From the NCBI GenBank assembly GCA_032718475.1, contig JAUCBJ010002303.1, positions 20,694 through 84,693 of the forward strand: a stretch of DNA of 64,000 bases, in the 5' to 3' direction. Below are positions 34,803-51,724 of the stretch, in pieces. The notes beneath the pieces were generated by a model. That model saw nothing but the letters and a program-made list of their open reading frames with translations. It had not been told where the DNA came from and made no database searches. How positions within the stretch are numbered: the stretch's first letter is position 1; each line of letters opens with the position of its first letter. The position numbers and the translations under genes were made by a program. Origin of the DNA: Nemertoderma westbladi. Its lineage: Eukaryota; Animalia; Xenacoelomorpha.

Positions 34803-35825
34803 ATGGCTCTTCTCAGATGGGGTATTTGTGGGAGTGGCAGGATTTGTCATGATTTCAGCCTAGCCCTGCAAGCCGGAAAAGACAGACACTGCCTGCAAGC
34901 TGTCGCTGCGAGAAACCTTGAACGCGCTCGAGAATTCGCAAAAATGCACAACATCAGCACGGCGTACGGGGATTACAAGCAGCTAGCTGAGGATATCGCT
35001 GTAGACATCGTCTACATCGGAGTCATACATCCGCACCATTTCGAAACCACTAAACTCTTCCTAAACGCAGGTAAACACGTATTGTGCGAGAAACCCTTAA
35101 CCTTGTCATCCAAAGAAACAACCACTCTATGCGAGTTGGCAAAGAAGAACAACGTATTCCTTGCGGAGGGATTGTGGTCCCGATATTTTCCCATCTATAA
35201 ACGGATACGCCAGATAATTGATGATAACCAAATAGGTGATGTTCAAACCGTTGCTGCCAATTTTTGTTCCAATGTAACTGAGGTCGAATGGATCCGTGAT
35301 CCATCTCTTGGGGGTGGCGCTTTATATGCTTTGGGTGTATACACGATTCAGTTTGCCTTGTGGATATACCACAACTTTGGCTACAAACTTGATGATATAT
35401 CTTCTGTAGCAGCTTTAAACTCGGGTGAAGTAGATGAAACCACTATCATTACAATGAAGTTTGCCAATTCCAAATTAGCGGTTCTTACCTCTTCCGCCTC
35501 TTCTATACAGCCGAACACTGCAGTTGTGTCCGGCACATTGGGGTGTTTAACGGTTGAGAAGTTTTGGTGTCCCACCAAATTGGTCGTCAATGGGAAAGAA
35601 GAAATTTACAACCTACCGGATATTAAGGATATTAACTTGACAGGCAAAGGAGGATTTAATTGCACCAATTCAGCGGGTTTCATTTACGAGGCGGATGCAG
35701 TTCGCACCGCCATTAACGCCGGTCTCAAAGAAACTGCTGAAGTTCCTTGGTCTCAGACAATAGCGATAAGTGAGATAGTAGATACTGTACTAAAACAGGT
35801 TGGTTATAGAGGTGGAACTTTGTAA
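34803..35825 (+). CDS. DHDH: DHDH-like oxidoreductase, copy 2; intronless; conserved Asp replaced by Ala
   Basis: Paralogue of 19791-20822; GGGALYALGVY in place of GGGALYDLGLY. Confidence 0.9.
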   Translation: MALLRWGICGSGRICHDFSLALQAGKDRHCLQAVAARNLERAREFAKMHNISTAYGDYKQLAEDIAVDIVYIGVIHPHHFETTKLFLNAGKHVLCEKPLTLSSKETTTLCELAKKNNVFLAEGLWSRYFPIYKRIRQIIDDNQIGDVQTVAANFCSNVTEVEWIRDPSLGGGALYALGVYTIQFALWIYHNFGYKLDDISSVAALNSGEVDETTIITMKFANSKLAVLTSSASSIQPNTAVVSGTLGCLTVEKFWCPTKLVVNGKEEIYNLPDIKDINLTGKGGFNCTNSAGFIYEADAVRTAINAGLKETAEVPWSQTIAISEIVDTVLKQVGYRGGTL

Positions 35826-38800
35826 TTTGTTATCATCAGGAAATTCAGAACCAGTATACTGTGTAAGGGTCAAGAGTGACTAAGTGTGCTGTAAGTAAGA
35901 CTATTATACCATAAATTAATAATTATTTCATGGAGTGACTGAGGAGGTAATACAGTATTATTGATTTTTAAGTGTTGAGGTGATGGTACATAAACAAAAC
36001 AAATGACAATTAGGTATTAATTATTGTTTTATATACTTACAGTGTTGCATTTTTAATTATAACATTATATTCATTCATGCAGTAATTAATTAAGCTGTTA
36101 AAGAATCAATTATATAATTCCCTCGGCTTTTACATTATGACCGGTAATATTTTATCAATTCTTTTATGTAATGTGTATATGTTTTCTACAAATCTTTTTT
36201 ATCGTATTTTGTATTGCTTGAAGTTGAAAACACATATACGCCATGTCCTGAAGGAGAAACCGGTGTCTTCTCTTTGTCAGTTAACTGAACCATATGGATT
36301 ATAAAATGGATTGTTGCGCTTGCCTCATTAAGATTGGTAAAACTTACCGGGGTCCGGATAATTAAGTTTTTTAAACTTAAACTGAAAGCCAGCAACCTGG
36401 CTTTAAACGAACCTGCCCCTCACACCTGTACCCTGAGTGAGCGAAAATGAAAACACGAAAATTCCCATCAACTCAACGTTAGAAACACCAGCTGCTGGTA
36501 CTCATGAGGGTCTAGTAAGCTACTACTATTTATTGAATGGATAGCCCAAACTGCAGAGAAGTATATTACTTGCCAAATTTATTACTATCTCACTCTACCC
36601 CAGACAGTAATCAAACATCAACTGTTAGTTTGTATAATACTGTATATTACCCAGACAGCTGAACAGCTCTTCAAAGTGAATCCTATTTGAATATCTATAA
36701 GGTTACTTACTACTCAGTGCTATGTTAGGTGGGAGGCCAACTGATTGAATTGTAAGCACTGGGCCGTTCAAATGTTTTATGGGTTGATGATAATGAATGA
36801 GGAGGGACCCAACTAACACTACGTTTGTCTATATGGACGGTCTCCTTATAGCCATCTTGATGGCTTTTCTACAGTCCCGCTCTCAAAAAGCATTCCTTTG
36901 ATCAAACATTGATCAAACTTTGATCAAACATTGATCAAAGTTTGATCAAAATGTGTCCATAGAATATCATTGAAAGTAGCATTGACATTGAAATGACATT
37001 GATGGCATATTGAAATGACCTTGAAATCGATGGACCGAAATTCCAGACTTTCTGTCTCATATTGAAATGACATTGAAATGATTTCAAGGTAACAGTTTAC
37101 ATCGCTCTTCTGCGGCATGCCTTTGAACTCAGATTCCCGCCGAGGACTGGCTTTTGTTAATGGCCAAGCCGCGATGTGATTGACAGGGCGGTGGATGGAG
37201 CTTGCTTGACTTTGTGGATGGACAGCGATTGGATTTACAAGGCGGTGTTGTGGTAGTGTCCCAGACTGAGTTTTGTTCTTGTAGGGCAGGGCCTATTATT
37301 ACACCAACAACTAGTTCAGAAAAACAGCCTTTGGAATATTTTTAATTTATTGTTATATTAGAAATTGTTTCAATGTTCCTTAAATCAGAATCAAGGCCAA
37401 AGACCTCCATTGACGTAGCAGCGCGATGGCTGCCGTTGCATTGCATTTGCTTATACAGTAATTGTGTAAATTCGACAAGCTTCCTTCCTGCCCCTGTCTC
37501 TAATTATACTAATAAATGTAAATAAAGAAATAAATAAATCCAAGCCCTAGCGCCAGCGCACCCCCTAAAATACCTTCTAAAAATTTACGTAATTTAATTT
37601 TAATACTCTGATAAGGAAATTTTATTGAAAACCTAATTTGTTTTAAAGTAAACTACAGTCGGGGTCTCAAAGTGCATCTGTTCTTTGAGATTTTCTCAAA
37701 GTTTTTCTAAAAGTGTCTAAAAGTCATTACATTACTCCCAATGGCCGCTTTGAATTCTTGTAGACACTTTTAGTTGGGAATCTCAAAGTGATTTCCTACT
37801 TTTAGGCACTTTGAATTCTTTGAGAAATGTCACTTTGAGGTAGTTTGCGGCACTTTTAATTCTTTGAGAAAATAAACTCCGAGGTATTCCTGATTGACAG
37901 CTCGTGGTAAGTTAACTGAGAGGCAGAGGCATTTTCGGGGAACAATATTATGCGGGCAACAAAGTGATACTTGTGTGCTGGCCAGTTGTTGCCTAGAAGC
38001 TATATTCCCATTAATTTATCAAATTGAGGTTCCTGAGGTCATTACGGATGGGTTTTCGGTCGCAAGTATAAATTGAATTTACGGCACCCTAAAGTCTTTC
38101 TAAAAAACATTCATTCAAATAATACATGAAACAGGAAAAACAAGATTGATTATTTTAATAACATAATACAATATCAGATTAACAATTAATATAAGAGAAA
38201 CTGCACTGTAGTATCTCTGTGTATACGCAGTTTCATTATAATGACCTAAAGAAGCCCTGTTGGGAGAAAGCTTGTAATAACATTTGTTATTCATTTCATT
38301 AGTCACCTCAGGTCAAACCGTACTACCTTTAACTGTTTAATTAATATGATAACTATGTTGACGAGAGCGCGAGAATTCCTTCTTAAAAACTAAGAAAGGC
38401 TTTCGACTTTCAAGTACAATAGAACGGCTACAATCTTGTGTTGTTTTAGCCTAATAGAGATATTAAAATACCCCCTGCTGCTGGCGTTTGTATTTGAGCA
38501 TATTTTAAATGTTTGCCTCATATTCAATTGATGTGTACCGCCTTCTGGCAAAGCGGCACCCAGTTTAAGCTATCAATCACAGCTAGCGAGTAGCGACCTA
38601 CGGACGGTGACCTTCAAACAAACAGTGCAGAGCCAGCCGGAAAGAACTGTCACATGCTCTGCTTGGCTTGTGGTACCATTTGATTACATAATAGATTTTG
38701 GCAGACTGGGCGGTCGCTCTGACCATATGCATTGCGCACCAACAATGCCTAAAACATCTATGGGGACAGCCAATTAGTGCGCTTGAATCATTTATCTTTA

Positions 38801-39176
38801 TTCCTGCCTCTATCGTTATTCTTTACTTTGTATAACACAATTTACAGTGCGGCAAAGTATGGCTGGTTGACAATTGAAATGCATTGGTGGTAAAGGTTTT
38901 CAACGTTCACGTGGGCTAAACAAATTTAAACAATACAGTTTTAGCACTATACATTAATATAGATAGGGCAACAGACAAACTGTCTCTGACACAAATACCA
39001 ACACATTCCGATATCCCGCAATTATGGCGTCTGTAAAGAGCCCAAATATAAATTAATAAAATCCTCTATGAAACAATAAAAATACCTACAAAAATACTGC
39101 TGTATTAACTATTAGTTACTGCAGTAACATATAACAATTACTGCAGTAACAAATATTTATTACTGCAGTAATAATT

Positions 39177-39503
39177 ACTAGTCCATTTACTAGTTTAGAT
39201 TTACTAGCCCATATACTAGTTTAGATTTACTAGCCCATTTACTAGTTTAGATTTACTAGTTTAGATTTACTAGCCCATTTACTAGTTTAGATTTACTAGC
39301 CCATTTACTAGTTTAGATTTACTAGCCCATTTACTAGTTTAGATTTACTAGCCCATTTACTAGTTTAGATTTACTAGTCCATTTACTAGTTTAGATTTAC
39401 TAGCCCATATACTAGTTTAGATTTTCTAGCCCATTTACTAGTTTAGATTTACTAGTCCATTTACTAGTTTAGATTTACTAGCCCATTTACTAGTTTAGAT
39501 TTA
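39177..39503. repeat. 26-bp minisatellite, about 12 copies
   Basis: Unit cccatttactagtttagatttactag. Confidence 0.93.
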
Positions 39504-39909
39504 TCATATTTAGCTTGTAAACACGGCAGCTATCTTCGCTTATATTTACTGACCTGATTTTTTGGAATTTTACTTACATATAAAGATTTGAATTGACATA
39601 ATTTGTATTGCATTCTATCTATTTACATACAAACATCAATATGTTAATGGTAACACGTGGATTTTATATCGTGTTCGGCTTAAATATAAAAGGGGGCCTT
39701 TATTCAAATGTGGTTCAATGAACCTCCCCACATAAGGTGTACAATGCAACGACAGTATATCACAGAGATAATAATGACTCATAATGAGTCATAATATCTC
39801 GACATACTGTACACAACACAAACTGTAAATGGTTCCTTTAGAAGATTACCTCACCTCGCTACCTACGTACTACCTAGGCCTATTTAAGCTAATACCGGAA
39901 ACTCACTCA

Positions 39910-40122
<213 letters not shown>

Positions 40123-40436
40123 TTATTATCAACTATTATTGTTATTTATTTTATTATTACTATTATAATTACTATTACAGGCACCACACGTCTAATAAAT
40201 AATACCCACTGCTTTGGCTCGCCCCAAAATAAGGAACGACAGTTGACTGGTGGGGACACGGATCACGCTTAAACAAATGAAAATAATGGTGATTCGAGCA
40301 AGCTGGAAATCACACATTGTAGTGTAGTTTAGTCTCATAATCTAGCAATTTATAAGATTACAATTATTAATTTAATCTCATAAAGTGTTAGATTAACTGT
40401 AATTTTTGTAATTTTTCAATGGAAGTGTTTACTTAC

Positions 40437-40604
40437 TTGGAAGTATGTAAACTGGGTATGGTAAAATAGTCTGATAATATGGAAACTGTTTCCCACCGCG
40501 AGAACCAACTCGAACTTGTGGAGGTTCCGTTTGATATAGCCGTTGAATCCGAGGCAGAGAATCTTGAACAAAGCCTCGATGTCAAATATTATAGTGAACA
40601 CAAC
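40437..40604 (-). CDS. NALCN: NALCN exon (domain II S2-S3)
   Basis: tag|VVFTIIFDIEALFKILCLGFNGYIKRNLHKFELVL...YHTQFTYFQ|gtaagt; 168 nt. Confidence 0.94.
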
Positions 40605-41837
40605 CTAAAAGGAGTGTGTTGGTTAAAAAATATCTAATGTGCCGCCGACACGCCGTCGTTAGGGAGTTGTTCATCATAAATTCACTAATGTTGGAAGCTA
40701 ATGTTTAGGTTTCGGCCTACCGGTACAGTTTCTACTGCAGCCCTGTCATACAGTACCTATTTTATTATTTTATTATTATATTATTTTATTAACAACAAAT
40801 ATTTTCCTGAAGAAGGGCTTAGGGCAGAAATCGATAGAAACTCAAATTATTTTGTTAGTTTTCAGGGAAATAACGGATCAAAAGATGTCAATAAGGGCAC
40901 CACTATCTCAACCTGTGTCTGTCTGTCCGTTCGTCGGTCGGTCGGTCTTCCTGTCTGTGGTCTAATTTTTAATAGCTTATTTCTCAGGAACTTTCCACTT
41001 TCTTGTACTAAAACAAGATTGATATATCGGATGGTCGGATTGATATATGAAAAATGATTCAAAAGTTGGCCGCTAGGGGACTACTTGTCTAAACAATACA
41101 TCCCATTCATTACATTGCTTTTAATCCGTTCAAGTTGAGTCAGCTGTGTCTTTCAAAGGAGGCTAATCCGTCTGCAGTTCTCCAGTTTACCGCTAGGTGG
41201 CAAAATATCTGAAGGTTTAATTACTCTAATACAGCCTGCGTCTTTATGTGGACGGTTATCGGTCTGCAGTGCTCCAGTCTCCCACATGAGGGCAAAATAC
41301 CTGAAGGTTTTAATCTTATCCCATCTCCGTGATTTTAATCTGTTACGCTGAATCTTGCCATATATGTCTTAGTCACCATGCTTCGTCTTTGTGAGAAAGT
41401 TGATCATTCGAAAGTTATCCAGTCTTCCGCTACGGTCCTAGATGACTGAAAGATGCTACCATCTTTCAGTCATCTTAATCCGTTTAGGCTGAAACTTGGC
41501 ATATTTTTTATGTACTATAAAATTGGCAGCGTCTTTGAGCGATGCAGCTCCATCTACCCTAAGTTTGCCGCTATTGAGCGCACTTGGGAAATTAATGCGT
41601 GCAAGGACAGAGATGGACTTCTGATTTATACAACCAGTTTAACGCAAACTGAACACAGCACTCATTGGTATTTTGGAAAGACGGTTTTCGTATATCTAAT
41701 GGGGACTACTACATTTACTTATATAGCATATCGTGCTGCGCGAAGGCCCCAGAACTTGTATTATGTTCATATTATATTATGGATTGGCAAGGCAAAAGTA
41801 GGTATGTGAGAAGATGAAATTATATAGGTAATAGTAC

Positions 41838-42065
41838 CTGGGCCGAATATAAGAAACCGTCGTATTCCTGCAATTCTTTAACTCTATTAATCCGGTAGGA
41901 AGTCGAGGCAGCCAATGCAGCATCAATGAATACCAGACACAACATCCCAATGTGGAAGACGTTGGATTGCAGGATACATTGGAATATGGTTGGAGCCACT
42001 CCAGCGGGTTTGTTCACATCCATCGTGACCAACTGCCAGTTGCGTCGGACAGACGGTACTAGTTT
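41838..42065 (-). CDS. NALCN: NALCN exon (I-II linker, domain II S1)
   Basis: tag|KLVPSVRRNWQLVTMDVNKPAGVAP...SNVFH...FLYSAQ|gtacta; 228 nt. Confidence 0.92.
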
Positions 42066-42326
42066 CTATAATATTTATTAAAAACAATTAATTGACGTAC
42101 GAACTTTTTAGAAGAATTTGTACACTCACATAAACAGTTGCAAATTATAAATAGTACCTGACTTGACTTCTGAAGGCTTATGTAGAAAAATAGAACTCAA
42201 TATATAATACTTTTATAAAATTAGAATCTCCTTTTTTTGAGCTTTAAAGTAAAAAAAAACATTTAACATTTTATTAATAGGTTGCCTGTTGTAGTTTTGC
42301 TTTTTATACATAGTAGCTATTAATTA

Positions 42327-42587
<261 letters not shown>

Positions 42588-42818
42588 TTACCACGGGACC
42601 CTATATTGCCCCAGAGTCGGCCATTCAAAGTAATATATATCAATTAATTGAGTCCCTGATGCGCAGCTATGATATGAGAATACTACATTAAGCCAGTTCT
42701 CTCTCTATATGCCACAAACCACACAGTACCAATCTTTATCCAACCAATATGATACCGACACAGCAAGAGTAGGAATGAGGCACCCCCGTTCCCAGCTGCT
42801 ACAAGAGAAGCACTATCA

Positions 42819-43003
42819 CCATATTAGGAGTGAGGCTGGGAGGGAAATGTCAGCAAGGGTTATCCAATAAGAGCACGCCACTCCCAAGTATAATCCAGCT
42901 CGCGTTTTTTTGACCATATATGGAGAGGTTTGCTACAGTGACTGGATGTGAGTGTTGGCTCTAACTCATATATAACTAGGCAATATTTCTACACAAGCTC
43001 ATT
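42819..43003 (+). promoter_or_regulatory. Actin promoter: two CArG boxes, CCAAT, TATA, initiator-like site
   Basis: CCATATTAGG 42819-42828, CCAAT 42864-42868, CCATATATGG 42914-42923, TATATAA 42969-42975, TCATT about 30 bp downstream. Confidence 0.8.
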
Positions 43004-43125
43004 GCAGCATTCAATAACTTTTAGTTTGGTTTATTCGTAACATTTTTTCTCACCACACATCCTCCAGTTTACATCAGAGGTGGAAATATCTGGTTACTTG
43101 TAATTTAACTTTCGGAAATATTCAG
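43001..43125 (+). other. Probable non-coding first exon of actin
   Basis: Follows the TATA/initiator; ends CAG|GTGAGT; matching acceptor ttttcag at 43888, 9 nt before the ATG. Confidence 0.7.
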
Positions 43126-43269
43126 GTGAGTGAATAACGTTTTGCGAATGTACATGAAGTTCTAAAGGCAGTTAGTACGAGTACCAACCAGTACGGGAAT
43201 GGTGGGCGGGGGCCATCAACCTATTCTCTGCGCCATTTTTACATCCTGTACTTTTGCTTAATTTGCTTA

Positions 43270-43410
43270 TAGATAGATAGATAGATTTATTTATACATTA
43301 TGTAAAAACAATAACAAATACACCAAACAATGTACCGGTATAAAGGTATTGTCCAACATAACATATAGGATTACCCCTAAAGCTTTGAGCTTATTTCCAA
43401 GGGGGTCCTT
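43270..43410 (-). mobile_element. Probable LINE 3' tail in actin intron 1
   Basis: Minus strand: ggacccccttggaaataagctc...aataaa followed by (tcta)n. Confidence 0.4.
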
Positions 43411-43774
43411 TATGTTACTTGGTTACAAATACAATATTACACTACGCTAACCTAAAACCAATATAAAACGTAATTCTGTGTTCGATTCATATGGGTGTCA
43501 TCCATGTTTTGCCTTCCTTTGAGGCTGTCCTGTTCTGCTTTATTTGGCTGTTGCTTTGCGATACTTTATGTGGATTTCCGGTGTCGCTAGTGGCTGATAC
43601 AGTTATGTGTATGTGCTGTTTGATGACTTTCTAGCGACTCAGCTGTTTGTCCTGCCGCCGTCTCTGAACATTATTGAGATATCGTAGGACAAAAAACATG
43701 CATTAACTAAGAATGGTGGATGCTAAGACTAAAATAGTCTCGTTTTGTTCCCCTTTTCTAACTAAACATTTTAA

Positions 43775-44053
<279 letters not shown>

Positions 44054-44110
44054 TAATTTAATGAATTATAAATAGCCGTGTAGGGGGATATCTAACAATC
44101 TATAATGTGA

Positions 44111-45136
<1,026 letters not shown>

Positions 45137-45956
45137 CTCGCGAACTTTAAACTCGAACAATAACTCTCATCACACCTTAATAGTCTAAATATTGAAAGCT
45201 GCGGTACTAATTAGGCCTATTGCTATTATATTGATCATGCTTTAAAATTTGTTTGTAAAGAAGTTGTAACAACATTTATCCTAATTGTCTTTATTTCCTG
45301 TTTGGCTTATAAAAAGGCCACATAGTGCAGTGGACATATATTTAACTCATACTGTTTTACGTAACTCGACTGAAATCATGTTTCAAATATTGTCTCCTAT
45401 GTATTTGTGCTTTTAGTGTTCAGAATTTATAAACTCAGTAAGAAACAGTATTCTCATATTATTCATACGTAATTAAACTGGGGTCACATTAATTTTGTTT
45501 GCAGTGAGTGTCAGTGAGTCACCCGACGTATAAACTTAAATCATATATGCAACATTCAAAAGCATACATAAAAAAAACCTAAAACAAATAGTTAATTTTC
45601 AAAATGTCATCCCTCTCCAGGGGAAATTGGACGCAAATGACAGTTGATTACTCTCAAAAATAAAACTGTATAACCTGTTCTATTGGGTTTAATTTAATGT
45701 TTTGGTTAAAATTACATGCCACTGTAACCTGCTCCTTTCACTAAATTGAGAATTTAAGATTGAGGCGGGACGGGATATTAATTCGCCAAGATGGGATATG
45801 CGTCCAGTTTCCCCCCATGTCTCACAGATACAGTATGCAATATGCAGGATATTAATCAGTTGATATTTTCGACGACAGATGGATGAAGAGATATTAATTT
45901 TGATGCCATCAACTCCTCAACGGTTCACTGTACTATATATATAATAATAATATCTA

Positions 45957-47955
<1,999 letters not shown>

Positions 47956-48449
47956 TCATAAATAATTATCAGGTACTAGACAGTTTGCTGTATCTTAAAA
48001 TGTTGTAAATATTCTAGAGATCTATTTTCTGGAGAATTTATGCAGCAAAGCTTAATAATAAATCAAAGCTTACCTAGATGAGTCAGTTTTGACCAAATGC
48101 ATTTAGAAGTTATTACGAGGTTGAGGTATAATAATAAAGTTACATGTGCAGTTTTTTTGAAGTTACATTTATGATGGCGTCGCTGAAATATATTTAAAAA
48201 GTACCAGCACTAGCCTACAGCTACATGAGGTCAAAAATATTGTAAAAGTGATGTTCAAACTAGTACAGACAACATTGTTACGATTTTCTTACCAACAAAC
48301 AGTACTACTACTACTGTAACAATATTATAATCAGCCTGCTGCATTGAAGCTGCACATTGAGGTGGGATGTCGGCTTAACAATAAATTTGTGCAGCCACAA
48401 TGCAATCCACAATCAGCATGCAGCAATGCAGCTTGCATTTAAGAATGAT

Positions 48450-48838
48450 ATGCAGTAGGAATGATAAGTCATGGGCTGTCCACCATGCTTATTTTCTTCA
48501 TGGGGCTACCAAAGTACAAGATTATGCACAGGCTGGTCCTCACGACGAAAGCATTGTCCTGCAAAACGGAGGCGGATTTGTTCAAGTATCAAGCTTGGGG
48601 GAACCAATGTGACTCCTCCAATGTTATATAGTGTCTGGTTCGAGATGTGTGCATTGTACTTGACACAGTGAACTCGACATAGCATTCTTGTGAATGTACC
48701 ATCCAGAGATTTGGTGTCCTCAGCAGTTTGAGACCATCCTGGATCCCTATGAGTCAGGCAGGTTCTACAGCTACTCTAAGTAATCGAACAATACTTTTCC
48801 GACTTATTCTATTTGACTTCCAAATCCTGGACAGACGC
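48450..48838 (-). mobile_element. RTE-like LINE ORF C-terminal fragment, decayed
   Basis: DGTFTRML...ISNQTLY...RLRFAGQCFR...NLVLW*P motif series. Confidence 0.65.
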
Positions 48839-49196
48839 TAATAAAATCATAAATAGAATATTAACGTTCATAAAATTTATTCAGAAACATTATTATGTGC
48901 GAAAAATTTCGAAGAATTAAGAATTTCGAAGAATTAAGAATTTCGAAGAATTAATGTAATTACGCCTCCGAAAGCCAGTGAAACACACATTATTAACATT
49001 GCAAAGTATCTCTATTTCAAATTGAATTAATACGCAGTCAAATCTTATTTATAGCATGAAATTTATATAGAGGTACACATAAAATTAAATACTGAATAGA
49101 TTCTTAAAGACCCTACAATATCACATTATTATTACCTTTAGTTTTTCATAAAAATATAATAAAGTAAGTAATAAGCAAAAAGAAAAATAAAAAAAA

Positions 49197-49269
49197 AGCC
49201 TTCGGAGAGAATCGAACTCTCGACCCCTAGTTTACTAGACTAGTGCTCTAACCCCTGAGCTACGAAGGC
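49197..49269 (-). tRNA. trnT-AGT: tRNA-Thr(AGT)
   Basis: GCCTTCG/CGAAGGC acceptor stem, TAGCTCAGGGGTTAGAGC D arm, CTAGT-CTAGTAA-ACTAG anticodon arm, GTTCGATTC T loop, oligo-T terminator immediately downstream. Confidence 0.95.
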
Positions 49270-49350
49270 ATGTATGAGCGGACGGTGAAATACTAGAGTT
49301 AAGGTAAAGTATGTTCTATGAGGATTGATTAAGATTCTCGCTTCCAATTT

Positions 49351-49657
49351 GGGGCGAGCCACTAAGTGAGCGATTAGCAAATAGGTACCATTAACAAGTT
49401 GTCTGTCGTCGTAATGTTTTGATAGCTAATAACTCGGAAATTCCTTGATGAAATTAAACGAAACTTACTACGTATGTAGTCCGTCAAAAGTTTAGAAAGA
49501 ATCTGAAGTTTGGTGAAAAATCAGACAGTCAGTCTGTCAGTCTGTACCGGTAGTTTCAAACTTTTATAAACCGAAACAAGTCGGCCAATCTTTGCTGCAA
49601 TTACACCAAAGCAGGTACGTATGAGGCTCGTGCTCTGCGAATGCCCCACGAACGTGT
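49351..49657 (+). mobile_element. Short copy of the Helentron/DINE-like family
   Basis: GGGGCGAGCCAC start and CTCGTGC..GCCCCACGAACGTGT end, as in 27952-30419; other end fragments near 33041(-), 34700, 40220(-) and 41750. Confidence 0.7.
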
Positions 49658-49859
49658 GAGTGGTTGTTGACTAGAATGAAGTTTGTCGGCTTATACCACA
49701 ACAATAATTAACAAAAAATTGAAAACATAATAATTTTTCTATAATATGGCAAGTTTTATGAACATTCCAACGTAAACTCAATTAATAGGGCTATACGACT
49801 ACTACTACTAGGTCGAGCGAAATCGGACAGTGGAAATGAGATCCTTCCAGGCTTCCCGA

Positions 49860-50020
49860 TTCTCCATAGTCTAACACGAGGCCATACCAGATCTAATTTT
49901 CTGGCAACCAACACAAGGAAAGCGTAGCAGTGGACGACCGGCTCTAACATATATAGACCAGCTTGAATGGGATACTGGAGTTGGGAGACACGAACTTGCG
50001 GCAACTATGGAGAATAGGGC
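49860..50020 (+). mobile_element. RTE-like LINE 3' fragment
   Basis: DLIFWQPTQGKRSSGRPALTYIDQLEWDTG...MENR. Confidence 0.65.
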
Positions 50021-50506
50021 TGTACAAGGGGATAATAACTGAATTTAAGAAAACTGTAACTCGTTTACAGAAAAGAGTTCGTGAATTTCGAAACAAATTT
50101 TAATATATTACACTTTTTATCTGAAACGTCCTTATCTGAAAAATAAGCATTTATTGCGCGGAAACAATGACTTGTACGCCCAGAGAGACCAAGAGGATAT
50201 TATTACCGCTAGCTGTACCACATTCATCACGGGGTCATAAGGGGGAGGAGGGGACTGGAGCACTAAATAATTTTATGCCACAAAATATCCTTGCCTTGGT
50301 CGCTGAATACCATATAGTCCCGAAGATATATTCCGTTTTTCACTAAACTTGCATGGAAGTATATAGTAAATGTTTTGTAATATATTATATACCATGTACA
50401 TGTGGGGAGTCTGATAGTAACTATAATGCCTACTTAGACAGCAGCACTGTAGAAATCCAGAGAAATACAGCTGACTGATTGCTTGCGACATTTTATTCAT
50501 TTGGGA

Positions 50507-50662
50507 CACAAGTACCTGTTCTAGAACTTACATTTAATTCCTTTAGGACACTGGTAACCACAAGTACCTGTTCTAGAACTTACATTTCATTCCTTTAGGA
50601 CACTGGTAACCACAAGTACCTGTTCTAGAACTTACATTTCATTCCTTTAGGGCACTGGTAAC
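50507..50662 (-). repeat. 3 x 52-bp tandem repeat spanning a NALCN splice donor
   Basis: Units start at 50507, 50559 and 50611; each holds the exon 3' end (GYQCPKGMK codons) plus |gtaagt. Confidence 0.95.
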
Positions 50663-50724
50663 CGCCCTGCTCTCCAATGTCACAAAGCGTATCGGGAATG
50701 GCAAAGTCGTTGATCGTTAAGTTT
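50636..50724 (-). CDS. NALCN: NALCN exon (domain I extracellular turret)
   Basis: cctcag|a NLTINDFAIPDTLCDIGEQGGYQCPKGMK t|gtaagt; 89 nt; the phase-1 end joins gt at 46183 to make Cys. Confidence 0.92.
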
Positions 50725-51407
50725 CTGAGGAAATAAAGAAAGTAATAAAATAATACTGAATAAAATAAATGAAATTCCCCTGGATAAACTGTAGTTCTAA
50801 CAGTAACACACCAGTTCTTCTAACAGGGGGAGGGGTGGCAGTCATCATGTTTTTATTGGATGGTACCCACTTCCCCCCCCCCCCCCCCCTTCCCCTTGTA
50901 TAGAACGAAATTAAGAAGTATTTAACCCCCTTTCTGTTCAGAAATTATTTTATAATATTTTCCAAATTGTTATCGCCCCCCGCCCCCACCCCCACCTGGA
51001 TGATTCTAAATTAGGAAAACACTAGTAAAACAGTAAAACACTAGGAAAACATAGGAAAAGTACTGTAAAACACACGGAAAACAGTGAAAATATTGATCAG
51101 CAGGGAATTTAACACATGTACTTCTCTGAATTGACAATCCTAAATGTACTCCTCGCATAGCACCCCTTAAGTCATCACCGTAAAACATTCGGAAAACACT
51201 ATAAAAATAATATAAACCTTCCGGAAAACAGTGAAAAAATTGATCAGCATTAAATTTTACCTATATGCAGCAAAAAAATAAATTGAAAGAGTCTAATACT
51301 GCCCAGAAAGCTTGTTGCCAGGCAACCAAAGAACATAGTACATAGTCAGCATACGGTGCAGTATCAGTACAGCAGTACTATCCGGGCGTAGACGCTGTGC
51401 AGACATA

Positions 51408-51724
51408 GGTGCCGACAGAGGTGCCGACACAGGTGCCGACACAGGTGCCGACACAGGTGCCGACACAGGTGCCGACACAGGTGCCGACACAGGTGCCGAC
51501 ACAGGTGCCGACACAGGTGCCGACATAGGTGCCGACACAGGTGCAGACACAGGTGCCGACATAGGTGCCGACACAGGTGCCGACACAGGTGCCGACACAG
51601 GTGCCGACGCAGGTGCCGACACAGGTGCCGACACAGGTGCCGACACAGGTGCCGACACAGGTGCCGACACAGGTGCCGACACAGGTGTCGACATAGGTGC
51701 CGACATAGTGACCGACTTAGGCAC
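51408..51724. repeat. 12-bp minisatellite in the left TIR
   Basis: (aggtgccgacac)n. Confidence 0.95.

Noticed and set aside
36924-37118. ISMSFQ as the missing NALCN domain II pore exon
   Set aside because: No ILTQ[E/K]GW follows; the region is a repetitive cattgaaatga element.
39177-39503. A fourth splice-junction array
   Set aside because: No recognisable exon abuts it on either strand.
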